The notes beneath the pieces were generated by a model. That model saw nothing but the letters and a program-made list of their open reading frames with translations. It was not told the DNA's origin and made no database searches. A DNA stretch of 63,008 nucleotides, the filler included, from Choristocarpus tenellus KU-1152 (taxonomy: Eukaryota; Protista; Phaeophyceae), in assembly GCA_964200185.2 (NCBI GenBank). It is 13 parts of 13 records of this genome, joined end to end, with 100 filler letters (N's around TTAATTAATTAA, not from the genome) between each part and the next. Parts side by side here need not be neighbours in the genome. Positions count along the whole stretch, not along the records: positions 1 to 2,791 come from CAXNAD020024724.1; positions 2,892 to 14,784 come from CAXNAD020002076.1; 11 more parts are not named here. The stretch is one strand, 5' to 3'. A program made the translations under genes and the position numbers. Of the stretch, positions 1-12,352 are shown in pieces. Position 1 is the stretch's first letter. Each line of letters opens with the position of its first letter.

Positions 1-39
1 CCCCACCCCCCCCCCAACAAACAATAAGAAAGGGAAATG

Positions 40-73
<34 letters not shown>

Positions 74-81
74 TGATTCAC

Positions 82-2040
82 CTGTTCAAGAGCCTTGAGC
101 TCCTCACTTTCATGGCAAATTCGCTGCACCTGTTTGAATCACCCCACATATGGATAAGACAGGACAGTAAGACAGGAATATTGCATAGGTTATGGTTCAG
201 AAAAGAGATATGTCAAGGCATGAAGGAGGTGCGTGTTTAGTCTCCTCTCAATCAAATACAAGTGTGTATTACAGTGCGATCGTCATTGCGGGGGGGGGGG
301 TTCTTCTTTTTATAAGGGAAAAAATATATATATATATATTTATTTTTTATTTTTTATTTATTTTTTTAATTATACCTCTCCAAACTGAATAATAATGTGT
401 AGAAAGAGTAAAATATCAAACGATAACAAAATTAAGAATTTTTTTTTAATATTTCACCGTAGCACTGGTGGGAGGTGAAATAATAATAATAATAATAATA
501 ATAAACCAACGCCTGACAGACAATCCTTCCCCCCCAAAAAGGCACGCTGCTAGTCAAATAGATAGTTGTCTCGTCCTCTTTGAGCGTGTTGCATTTTGGG
601 GGGGATTACGTTTTTCTTGGTATCAAACTTTTCATATATTCTGTTCTGTTGAGGAAGAGAACATTTACGCATTTAAAATATCATCCATGCATATATATAG
701 TTTAATCCTATAATAAGACCACCGTTCACTATATTATCAGAATATTCCACATGTAGAAAATAATTTTCGTGAACTGTTCCATTTCGTTCTTAAACTACTG
801 CTAGCTAGGGAAGGGATTAGAGCTCGGATTGCAGTGGCAGATAACCAAAAGGTCGGGGGTAGAAAGGTGATGTTACTTATTAAGTTAAATGAAATTAACT
901 ATAGCGACAACAATTACTATTGTTAAAAAATACTATTATTGTTATCCAAATAACTGTATTATTGTTATCCAAATAATTGTATTATTGTTATCCAAATAAA
1001 TATATTATTATTATCCAAATAATTGTATTATTGTCATCCAAATAAATAATAAATCAGAATCGAAAACGAAGAGGGCATTCAACTTGTCTGCAGCACCAAA
1101 ATCATCAGAAAGATGAGAAAAAAAAATCTCTTTTGTTCATTTTTTTTCCCCCCTGTTCGGCAGGAGAACAATACTAACAAAAATAAAGATAAAATTGAAA
1201 AAGAAAAAGAAATATATAATAAATAAATAAATATATAAGTAAAATATATAGATAAATCAAAATAAAATAAATATAAAATAGATACAAAATAAATAATAAA
1301 TATAAAAATGAAAACTTCTTGCGCAACAGGGTTCAATGGAGACAAGCCAAATGGAGATTGGCAGCCAAAAAAAAAAAGGCGAAAAACAAAAAAATATATT
1401 TTAAAAAATCATTTTATGAAGAAAGAAAAAGAACGCAGGCAGTAAAGTAAATCTCTGTTTCCTCATGTGTGAAGCAAGTCCAATAAAATCGGCTCTACTG
1501 CAAAAGTCAATTAATTATAAGCTCCAGATCTTCCAGTAGCTACCGTCTTTTTTTCTAAATAAAATAATAAATGTGTATGTACTTCAGAATATCGCAGGAC
1601 TGAATTCAGTTCAAAAGAAAGAAAAAAAAGAGCTCATGTTTTACTTTAGTGTCCCTACCCCCTCCAAACACACACACACACACACATATGTATGTAGATA
1701 TGTATGCATTTATCGGTGGATATCTGTTGTATGCACATGATACAGACTTCAAACACATCCACTTCATACCTACAAGCCAGGCATTCAATCCACTCCTGCA
1801 GCCCCATCGCCAGGGCTCCCTCCCCCACATCCATGTACACCATCTCACAAAATCCCCTGTCCTACAATACAAGCACAGGAACTGAACTGGACGCTGAGCA
1901 CTACAGAACAATATTTGAAATCTCTATCTGTTACAGATGAAACCGGCTCCACCTCATCCCTCTCTCCTCTATCCCAACATGTCGACCCCAATCTCCAGCA
2001 TTCATCACCCATCAGAGAGCCAACTCCATTTGCTCTCTCA

Positions 2041-2079
<39 letters not shown>

Positions 2080-2640
2080 TTCCCCCCCCCCCAAGGGGCC
2101 CCCCCCCTTTCCTCCCCCCCCCCCCCCCCCCCCCCCCCCAGTACACACCAATACGCCCTCCCACCTCAATCTCCTCCCTCATCTTCGCAGCACGCCTCTT
2201 TTGGAGTTCCTCTGCCAAGGAATGATTCTGAAGCATCATCCTCTCGGAGAGTCGTGCCTCCGCCTTTGAAGATTCAAGACGAGGTACATCTCAGGTTCAA
2301 AAACATCAAAAAAAAAAAATCAAAACAACAAAACGGGTCAAAACAGAGGGAAAAAACAAACACACACACACACACACACACATAAGCTACTTGTACAAAG
2401 CCAAAAAAATGTGAATATTCAAAAGGATGAACTCTTGCTACAATTGAATCTGAACCCGTATCTGATAGAGTAATGACAGGGGAGCTAGAGGTAAGCCAAA
2501 CGCACAAGTACTGAGCACATAAGTGTGAGAGCACTCTTTTTCATCCTTACTACACTACCTGCTGAGCTTTACTCCGTTCCTCAATAGCATCCTCAGCGGA
2601 AACCCGTGCTTGAGCATTGAAGTGCCTCTGGAATGCCAGC
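82..2640 (-). CDS. Two internal exons of an unidentified coiled-coil-like protein (partial)
   Basis: Exon 2640-2559 (LAFQRHFNAQARVSAEDAIEERSKAQQ) and exon 129-82 (VQRICHESEELKALEQ). Both have cag acceptors and gt donors and join in phase 0. Confidence 0.6.
934..1045. repeat. Tandem repeat, about 23-bp unit, 4-5 copies
   Basis: Unit resembles TTATTGTTATCCAAATAA(C/T)TGTA. Confidence 0.85.
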
Positions 2641-2791
2641 CTGTGCATAGCAACAATATCACAGAAAGGGGGAACCAGCACATCAAGCATGTAGATCGGG
2701 GGGGGGGGGGGGGGGGGGGAAAAGAGAGGTGTTGTGTGTGGGGGGGGGGGGGGAAAAAAAAAAGAAAGGGGGAAGCACCAGAGGTTATGGC

Positions 2792-2891
2792 NNNNNNNNN
2801 NNNNNNNNNNNNNNNNNNNNNNNNNNNNNNNNNNNTTAATTAATTAANNNNNNNNNNNNNNNNNNNNNNNNNNNNNNNNNNNNNNNNNNNN
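2792..2891. other. Artificial contig-joining linker (first of 12)
   Basis: 44 N + TTAATTAATTAA (stops in all six frames) + 44 N. The same 100-bp linker occurs at 2792-2891, 14785-14884, 21203-21302, 24221-24320, 27972-28071, 31754-31853, 34820-34919, 40532-40631, 44134-44233, 46938-47037, 53459-53558 and 59158-59257. Confidence 0.98.
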
Positions 2892-2959
2892 AAAAATCAA
2901 CATCTGCTCGAAAATATATCCATGGCCACCCCCCACCCCCCCACAACATACACTCGCAC

Positions 2960-3213
2960 CTCATCTCGATGCTTACGTAATTGCCGGTCCTTGGCAGCCA
3001 CCTCCGCCCTGCTCTCTGCCAGCTGCGCTCCTAGCTCATCTGCAACCCTAGTGGCCTTACTGAGCCTGTCTGCTGCGGTTGTGTCCTCTTCCTTCATCCT
3101 ATTGAGTGCCACAGTCAGGTTCTTCTTGAGAGAGACAACCTGTGGATCACGTCCAAACATGTCGAAGTTTTCAATAACAACAACAAAAATAATAATGATT
3201 TTCTGTGCACTCT

Positions 3214-3248
<35 letters not shown>

Positions 3249-6200
3249 GCATCGCATTGCACTGCCACCTCTCATATCTTAGGGTTAGGGTTAGGGTTAG
3301 ATTCACACCTCAAAAAAGACAACAGATAAGCTAGAGCCACAGATACACAAATCGAATAGTGAAATTAACTACAATAATCACACACACAGATACACAAATC
3401 GAATAGTGAAATTAACTACAATAATCACACACACACACACACACATAAGCCACTGCCTACAACACAATGGGCGTTACAAATAAAACGTCCTTGAGCATTG
3501 GTTGTGGACATTGCACGTTGGGGACTGAATCGATAAAATTTACCCACAATAAACATAACAATAAATATAACAACAAACACAACAATAAACATAACAACAA
3601 CAAAAAAAGGGGGGCTGAACCATTTCCTCCGATAAAGGACATAGTGAGAAAAGACTTCATTTTTTATTTTCCTTCCCTTTCTTTTTCCTTCTTCCCTCCG
3701 ATATTTTTTTTACCCATTCATCACTTTTTCTTATTAAAAAAAAAATCAAGCTTATTTTGAAAAACAATTGTATCATTGTGAGTGGGTCGTGTCGCCAAAC
3801 ACCAATTGAGAAAAACGGGCCCAAAGTTTTGTTCCAGACAACAAACTTTACACACAAAACTGGATTTGGACGTTTGCTGTACAGGCGTTGCAGAGCAACG
3901 GGCACTGAACATTACCCTCACAACAACAACACATACATCCCTCGCAAGACTATAGAAAAACTCTTAGGCAACGGACACTATATCCTACGTGGTATAACAA
4001 CTGACCCTCGGAACATTTCCCGGGTAGCAGATGTTTGAAGATAAACACTAAACAGCCCTAAGAGCATTGATAGCAATAGATACAAAACTTTGTCAGGTCG
4101 AACATGGTCAAATGCTCCAGTGTTGAGTATCAAGTTTTAGGAGGTGCAGTGAGCTACATTCGGGACAGGATCTACACATCTACGTTGCGATGAAGAAATC
4201 TGTTACATGCGTACGATAATTAACAAGATGCAACAGAAGAACTCGCAGGGGAGGGGGGAGCATGGACGAGATAAGGTACACCTTTTGCTGCGATGCACGC
4301 ACTTCCCACCGCTGTGCCCTGTAGCAACTACCACGAACTGTACCTCAACAATGTAGACAAAATTCAACTGAGGTTGAAAAAAAAAAAACTGTATCAAAAA
4401 ATAATAATAAAAAGGACCTGTTACAACATGTTGGCCACCCACCACATACATGGTACCACCACAAACAAGGTTACACCCACAACAACAGGAGAGTACAAAC
4501 AGAACGAGGTAACAGACACAGAAACACCAAAAGGTGGGCAGGCGGTAACGATCAATCCACGGATCCACCCTTCAAGAGCGAAGAAAATTCTGCCTTCAAG
4601 AAGAACATTCTGCAGTGGGTATTGCGTGTGGGTGAGAGCAATGCACACAAGAGCAAGGAAAGGGCACACTTCAACTACAAGAAACCAAGAACTGTTGGGG
4701 GGGTTGGATGAACCACTAGGGGGTAGCACCTCTCCCGCCTCTGCAAAATACTACATGAACATGGGGATGTGGCACCCCTTTTTGGCACCAACTGAGGGAG
4801 TGGATGGACCAATCAGAACACTTGCCCTGTGACTGGCTCCACAAGACGATAGTCTTTGTGTGAGCACTTCTGTTCTACCTGCAATAGAACAACGTGTGTC
4901 GCAAAGGTCGCTTATCTTTTTTGTTGTTTCTTAGAGTAGAGAGGCTAAACCCTCTTATCAATAATACTCTGTTTCAATTCCGTAAGACCAAACTGACTAC
5001 AGCTAGGTGCCAGCCAAGGCAGAAGCGACCCTCCAAGTCCAGACCTTCAAAAATTGAAAAGTTGTCGTGACATTTTTCTTTTCTTGTCTTTTTTTTTTTT
5101 TCTTTTGTTATTATTATTGTTGTGTGTTTGGAGCTCTTGATCCTTGAGAATCGAGAAGATGACAATATTTTTTTAATTTTTTAAAACGTCAGTCATCAAT
5201 ATGGCAATCACTACGCCAAACTCCACCTGCACCAAAGTTAGACGGAAAAGAACATGACACCTTTATATGTACTCTTATATATACTTCTACACATCCTTTT
5301 ATATATACTTTTATACATCCTTTTACACATCCAGTTCCACCTTACTTGTCATTGCAGCCTCTACATCCGACTGTCCAGGTTCCCAATTGATTGCAGCTCA
5401 TGAACCATACCTTTCAATTCAATTTTCTGAGGCTGAGCAGCTTTTTCTCTAGAAATATTTAGTCACCACAGAATCTTGTCTGATTCAAAGCACTATTTTG
5501 AAGAGATAACCTAAGAGTACTAAGAGTTGATTTCAATTGAAGCATCTTTGGGAGCATAGGAACGGATAAGCTTACATTGAAACTCCAAACTTAGTGTGTT
5601 AATCATAGGAAAAAAAACCTGCAGGAAGGCGGCGAATGTTTGCACAGTTAATTCTTGAATGGAACACACCTGTCTCTCAGCCTCAAGTTTCTCCTGTCGG
5701 TACGCCACCGCAGCCCTCTGCAACTCCCGATGCTGCCGCTCACCACCCTCCAGCTTTGTCCTCTGGCGCTCACAGAGCAGTGTGAGCTCACGGACACGCT
5801 CCTGGACCTCGCCCTTCTCAAAGAGCAGGTTCTCTTTCTCCTGGACACAATAGAGTACCCATGGTGTAACACAAAAGTGTACCCATGGTGAAATGCAATA
5901 GTGTACCAATGTTATAACACAAAAGTGTACCCATGGTGAAATGCAATAGCGTACCCCTGGTGTAACACAATAGTGTACCCAGCGTGTAACACAACAGTGT
6001 ACCCATGGTATAATGCAATAGTGTACCCATGTTGTAACACAAAAGTGTACCCGTGGTGTAATGCAATAGTGTACCCATGGTGTAACACAATAGTATACCC
6101 ATGTTGAAATGCAATACATGGTGTACCATGTGGATGGTCAGGTGTGGGAGAGCAGATGGCAGCAGAGTAAAGGAAGGGTGGCCACATGCTGGAAGTGATG

Positions 6201-9200
6201 CACAGAGTAAGGCAATCGTTTTAGTTGTATCCTTGCAGTGATTCCAGCAATTTAACTATTGAACAATTTAACAGATCAAAAGAATGAAAGTCTCCTCTAA
6301 CAACCACAATTTGTTGACAGACTTGAACATGCTGCAGACCCAAGGCATGTTACCTAATCAGCTCAGTGTAGCTACCAGCTTTTCTATTGGTGCAAAATAT
6401 TGATATTGTTACCTATTATTATTATTACTACTACTTTGAATCATTAACATCAATTTCGCTACTTATTCCTGGAATGATGGATTCCACCACTCTTCTGATG
6501 TTCCTGTCAACTATCTTTACTATTAGTACAGTTTGGTACCAGCATTGAGTGAGTGACCAATAGCATCATGTGACGCAGGTAGAAACTGTTGTCTGCAGTC
6601 TGTGACATGTCTCAGCACTAGAACAGGGCTGCCAAAGGACAGGACAGTTTCTTTTGAGGAGAAAAATGCCATCAACAATGCCTGCATACTTGGTCCACTT
6701 CAAAAATGCCAAAAAAATAAATCAATTCATTGCACCGTTCTGAGTGCCAAGATGAGTATTGAATGTAACCTAGATATTAGGTTTCAAAGTGAGGAGATAA
6801 TCCTGAAAGTGCCCCCAATCTATCTCATCGTCATTAAAACTCTAATCACTCTTTCTCACTTACACTACACAATCAGCAACAGGTAACAGAAGAGTCTCTT
6901 CTGTACAATCTCCTGACTGTCTCTCCCCCCCTCCCCCCTGAAAAAGACTTCAGACATACAATGGCATCAAGCTCTCACCTGTTTGGCCTTGTTGACGATG
7001 CTATTGTGGTTTAAAATTTTCAACTCCACCTTTCCCTTGTACTCGTCCAGAGCTGACTGGGACTCTTGAAGCAGTGTTGACAAGGAGTGTACCTCTTTTT
7101 GACTTTGACTAGCCTTATGTATAACAAAATAAAACAGATTGTAAAGAACGACAAAATAAGCATTATCATTGCTATAATCAGTAGTTGTTGCTTGTCTTTG
7201 ATAGTGTACTATTAATGTGACCTGTTTTACAGCTGTCCAGAATCATTGGCATAACACACACATAGATTATATACTACAATGCCACAAGAACACCCAACCA
7301 TGCACACTATGCTATGATTACCATGCATTGCATGATTAACAGCTATGAGAGTAAGGGGACTTGACATGTTGTAACCTTCAAACAGGTAACGTCAATGTTG
7401 GAGGAGATCACATTGTGAAACAATATAATGTGCATATCTACAATTGGATTGGTAAGGGAAGGTGAGGACATTCATTGGCCATCATACACCCATTACAAGA
7501 TGAACCAAGCAACAGTAGTCTAGCCAAGAGGGAATTAATTGAATTGAGACAGGGGTGTATTTGCCAGGCGTTTAGTGCACCCGTTCCTCTGTTCATGTAC
7601 TCCCTCTGTCCCTTAAGTCTGTTCCTAGGTGCATGTACCTCTTCAGGATGACCGTCCGATTTCAAAACGGCCTGTTGCGTTGGTTTCCTCGGAAATTTTT
7701 TATGTAGGATGAGTAATATTTGAAAAATATATATACCGAAATTGTTCCGAAAATATGGAACAGATGTTAGGTGAGCATAGGCCCACTAGAAGGCACTGAA
7801 TTGTTGGATTGACGGTGTTGACTGAAAACAAGAAAATGTATACTATTGAAAAAAAAAAGTCAAGGAATCCACTGCAAAAATCCGTTTTGAAATCAGAGGT
7901 CATCCCGAAGAGTTACATGCATAAAGGAACAGACTTATGGGACAGAGGGAGTATTTCGTTCCAAAACACAAAAGATGAGTAGCCCATGTTTCAACACGGT
8001 CCAGACCTTCCGATACTCTTCTAGTATAAGCCATCTTGTGTAAAATATTCCGAGGAATCCAACACAAAAATCCGTTTTGAAATCGGAGGTCATCCTAAAG
8101 AGGTACGTACATAAAGGAACAGACTTCCGGGACAGAGGGAGTATATAGACAGGGAAAGAGAGGAAAGGCTGCACTGAACTTCAAGGGGGCAAACATGGAT
8201 GTTTCCTCTACACATCTTAGCAGTGGTAATGATAGGTTCAGCAGTATAACTCTAAAGGTGTTTACCAAGTTAGTTATGTAAAGTTATAGTGGGGTAGTAC
8301 CTTGTGTAGTACTGTTGATATGTGTACATCCTCAATGAAGGATACGAATCATGACTACACCAATCATGGCAGCATCTAACAAGGTTAGCCACTAGGTTCA
8401 GGCCGGGGGGGGAGAGATGGATTGTATTCCTTGTAGTCAATGTATTAGGGGACATTGTATTCCTTGTAGTCAATGTATTAGGGGACATTGTATTCCTTTT
8501 AGTCAATGTATTAGGGGACACACTTGTACCTCCTCCTTGGCTCGTTTCTCCACTACAAGCACCCTCTCCTCCAAGGCGTTCTTCCTTTGCTCCATCCGAC
8601 GAAGACTTTCTTGTTGCTCACGGATAATAGCCTCCTGGAGAGTGACACAGCATGCAACAGAGCAATTGACAGGGTTCATAAATGGATAATGTAAGGAAGG
8701 CGTTGCCTAATCAGTGGACAACTGTCTCTGGGACGGGAATCCACAAAACACTCAGTAGTACTAAAGCGATAAAAACAGGCCGATCAAATGCTGTAGAGCA
8801 AACAGCAAGACCATTCTGTTGTGGATCTCTCTTCCACCACTACACTCCCCACATTGTAATACATATCTCCTTCCTGTAAGCCCTCCCCATCATGTAGCTC
8901 AGCAGCAGGTCCTGATAATAGAGCCCCTCCAATGGACCAGCAGAGCAGGGAGTGAGGTTGGTTAAGAAAATAGTGGCAACAAGCTTAACCAATAAAACTC
9001 TAACGGTGGATGGTGCGAGATCCAAAAGCAAGCGAATCCCCTCACAAGAGAAACAAGTGAGCTGCAGTTTCTGTGTGCGTGCCTGCTCTTTGAGCTTTTG
9101 CCCCTCCTCCATTTCCTTGTGGGATACAGCTCTCTTTGCATCCTCAGACTCACGGAGTGCTTGGCGCAGCTCTTTGATGTTGTCCTCACGAGCTTGGAAT

Positions 9201-10553
9201 GCAGTGCCCATGAGGTCAAGCCGAGATCGCAGTTCGGATGCCTTCAATGCAGCCACAGGGCAGGGGATGTGTTGGGGATATGTACTGTGCAAATTGGAAG
9301 CACCCAAGGAGTGGTACAGGACATCATATTCAAAAAGAAAACAACCAAAAAGGACAAAGAGACACCTATAGTAATGTCATCAAAATTGAAAATAGTAAAA
9401 GTTGTATTAAGGAATTGCGAGCTGGATGGGTTCTTACAGGAATATGACATATGCAATTAGTCACATACATACTAACAGTACACATGTACACTTAGGGGGC
9501 ATAAAAATGAAAAGTTACGCCTATCACATTCACACCGCAGCTTGTTGCGTATCTCACAGTCCTAACCTAAACTCTCTATCCTACCAATACATGCGACAAC
9601 AATAACAGAAAAAAATTAGTACAAGAAGGAAAACATCACTGAGGGAAATCTGGGGCTAGGTGCATGTGGGATAGGGGGCTGGGTTAAGATGGCGACCTCG
9701 CAATGAAATTTGGTCGAGAGTTGCTTGATACACTCCAAACTACTGTGCATCTTATGTACACGGTACAAAGTGGTAGAGTACTGAAATCGTATGCCAACTA
9801 CTGTGTGGTCATAAACAGCATTTTATGCTCTCAGGCGCCGGATATAACTTGATAACCACTTTTGAAAACCAGAGAGAAAAATACATCAGAAACGATGTTG
9901 GGTCGCTGTTATATGAAGTGGGTAGGAAATTATCACTATTGTACAATTGAAGATAACCCTACCTCGTTCTTCGCTCTCCACACAATCTGCTGACCCCCCG
10001 CCACCTCTAGCTCGTTGATCCTTCGCAACGCTTCTCTTAGCTTACCCCCGAGCTCCTGTGCTAGTCGTTCATGCCTCCTCGACTTCTCCGTCAGTCGCTC
10101 CACAGCCGACCTCTGTTCCCTGAGCCTCCTGACAGAGCCTCTTATTGCCTCCAGCTCCTCATCAGAGTCTCGAACCGCCCCAATTCCAACCCTAGACAAG
10201 TCTGCTGCCACCGTCGTCGCCGATCCCAAGCCAAGGCCAATCCCAGAGTCCAAACCTACTCCGAGAGTGGACCCCAATCCCAGTCCGTTGCCTGGGTCCA
10301 CACCGACACCCGAGCGGAAGCTGTTGGCAAAGTTGAGGTCCAATTCATTCCGAGCAAAACCAAGGTCATCTTCCCAAGACGCGCCCAAACGTGAAGGAAG
10401 CATTTCTTCTGGACGCTGTCTGGTCGAGTTTATTGTGTTCGCGCCCTTGAAGGTACTTGTCAAGATTGTCTGCTCCCTCGCCTCCTCAGGAGGGCTCTTG
10501 GGCGACCCATGGACTGAGACATCCTTCACTCGTCCTTCCTCTCTCTTGGACAT
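2960..10553 (-). CDS. Long coiled-coil protein, 5' part (6 exons; 3' end beyond the contig)
   Basis: Exons 10553-9963, 9241-9083, 8634-8530, 7113-6979, 5840-5670 and 3139-2960. All lengths are multiples of 3 and all introns are phase 0 with AG acceptors. Translation is E/K/R/Q/L-rich heptad-like (e.g. EKENLLFEKGEVQERVRELTLLCERQRTKLE). The intron after 9083 needs a GC donor. There is an in-frame TGA 7 codons upstream of the ATG at 10553. Confidence 0.8.
3338..3431. repeat. About 48-bp tandem duplication bounded by (CA)n
   Basis: CACAGATACACAAATCGAATAGTGAAATTAACTACAATAATCACACAC occurs twice. Confidence 0.85.
5845..6120. repeat. Intronic minisatellite, 24-bp unit, about 11 copies
   Basis: Unit GTGTACCCATGGTGTAACACAATA with variant GTGTACCCATGGTGAAATGCAATA. 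It produces the spurious WVHYCITP 8-aa repeats in the ORF track. Confidence 0.92.
7600..7951. mobile_element. Stowaway-like MITE (Tc1/mariner), TA target-site duplication
   Basis: TA|CTCCCTCTGTCCC...GGGACAGAGGGAG|TA. The imperfect inverted repeat extends about 90-100 bp (AGTCTGTTCC..GGATGAC..GATTTCAAAACGG). No coding capacity. Confidence 0.88.
7954..8141. mobile_element. Truncated second Stowaway-like MITE end of the same family
   Basis: A second TIR copy ends GGAACAGACTTCCGGGACAGAGGGAG|TA at 8141-8143. No matching left end was found. Confidence 0.75.
8421..8520. repeat. 33-bp tandem repeat, 3 copies
   Basis: ATTGTATTCCTTGTAGTCAATGTATTAGGGGAC three times, next to the donor of exon 8634-8530. 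Confidence 0.92.
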
Positions 10554-11182
10554 TCCTGACGCATTTGTAACTCACCTTTCCCCCCTACAAGTCAGAACTC
10601 CTCAATTGTCTGTAGTATGATGTGAATTTGTGCAACGGTTGAGTTCTTGTGAGCAAATCATATGTTGACATGTTACACCAGAACTGCCTTCCAATGTTTT
10701 TTGTGATTATTGCTTCCCAAACCCATTCTGACTGCCTCTACACTAAATTGGGTCCTATTGCCCCATAGGCCGTGGTCAGGAATCGTGTGGAGGGTCCCGA
10801 ATCTCCCCTCTTCCTCCCCTTGGAAGATAATGCCTTTCTCCATGGGTGAAAATGCGTTCTTCCTGGTCATCCCGGCGGGTCTTATCGCTATCAAGGTAGC
10901 ACGACCTTGTGTGGTCGTGGACTGAACACAGTCGGGAGATTCTTTGTGCTTAGGTGGTCTGGGGAGTTGATCTGAGGGGGTAGCCGAAACCTCCAGGAAC
11001 TCATATTCTATTGCGTAAGGCTAGTAGCATTTCTAGTTTGAGGTTAAGAGGTCCCTAGAAGTTTGCCCTTGGACTTAGGGACTCAGTTTTGCTTCAACGC
11101 CGAAGCAGCCCCAACAGAGTTCTGAACGTTTTTTTTAGTTCACCTCACCCTTCATTGCTGAGCCAATCCTCCCGTCCCGAAG

Positions 11183-12321
11183 GTGGCGTATGAGCTACTT
11201 CCACTGGTGGCATTCATTGGGGTGTTCGGGGGGATTATCGCACTGTACATAATGAACAGGGATAGCAAGGTGAGCTGTGGCTCTATCTCAGTTACGCGCA
11301 CATGCTTGATCACCCTCTTTCTCATTCTTTGTGATATATCACATAGAGGTTTTATGGTGGCTCGAGGCTGGAATTTTTTCTCAGGAGACAACTTGTTTGT
11401 GGGTTGTGTGACAGGACGGCACAATGATCAGAACTGTGACCCTGATAACCATCTTTGTTGTAATCCAGTTAGACCTATTAACCAACGTTGGAAACTATCT
11501 TCTCGTACAGTAAATATAGGTCAAGCTCTGAAGTACCCACTTTTCATATGCGGGACTTCCAGGTCTCCCTTGTGGCATGGTGACGATACGTGAGCGGACC
11601 CATTTCTTTTCTTTCGTACCACACCCCCTATTTCATAACCATATCATATGTACGGGCAACAAACTTTTTCATTGCCCTCTCTTCACAAGTAACCATTAGT
11701 CTAGCTTATTCAACGTCTATCTGGCTCCTTCAACTTTACCTGAGGTCCAACGCGATTTCACCTTTTCCTTCATCGCAACAACTGCTAACATGATCTATGT
11801 TATTGAATAATATCATTCTCAAATTTGTACCTCTGACCTACTATACGTTGAACAAGAGCCCTGGGGCACAGCGGAGCATCAAGAGAGCTGAGGCAAAGGC
11901 GGAGATATTGATTGAGGAGCTAACGAGGGAGGAAACCAGGTGCTCCCCACAACATTGTGGTCATTAGCAGTTCCTTTTCTCCTTCGGCGCTTCCAAAAAG
12001 AGTGATACATCAGTCCCTTTCTATCCCCCCTTCAGCCTTTTCCAAAGTACCAACATCATTGAAAGTACAGAGTATATTCATCACACTTCGTTGCACCCCA
12101 CTCCCTGGGTCAAAATTCTCACCCCCCACTCTTAGTAGATTACTCCTGGTTGACAATTACATCTGATTAGGAAGTATTTAGAGTGGTTACTACATCCTGA
12201 GAGGGTGTAACAGTAACGAAAGGATGTGTGCCCACAGAGGTATCATCCTTTGTTTTCTACACGGGGTATGGTACTAGGCTGAAATATTTTCATGTCTTCA
12301 TAAGTCACAATTTCAAACTTG

Positions 12322-12352
<31 letters not shown>

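Noticed and set aside
2836-2847. Recurring TTAATTAATTAA palindrome as a biological motif
   Set aside because: It is always centred in 44+44 N, so it is a synthetic six-frame stop linker.
82-3139. Contig 1 exons as direct continuation of the contig 2 coiled-coil gene
   Set aside because: Exon 3139-2960 ends in phase 0 but exon 2640-2559 needs phase 2, and a linker lies between them. It is possible only with missing exons.
3279-3300. Telomere
   Set aside because: Only about 3.5 TTAGGG units, located inside an intron.
5845-6120. CRISPR-like array (also 35670-35850 and 8421-8520)
   Set aside because: Units are head-to-tail with no unique spacers, there are no cas genes, and the context is a eukaryotic intron.
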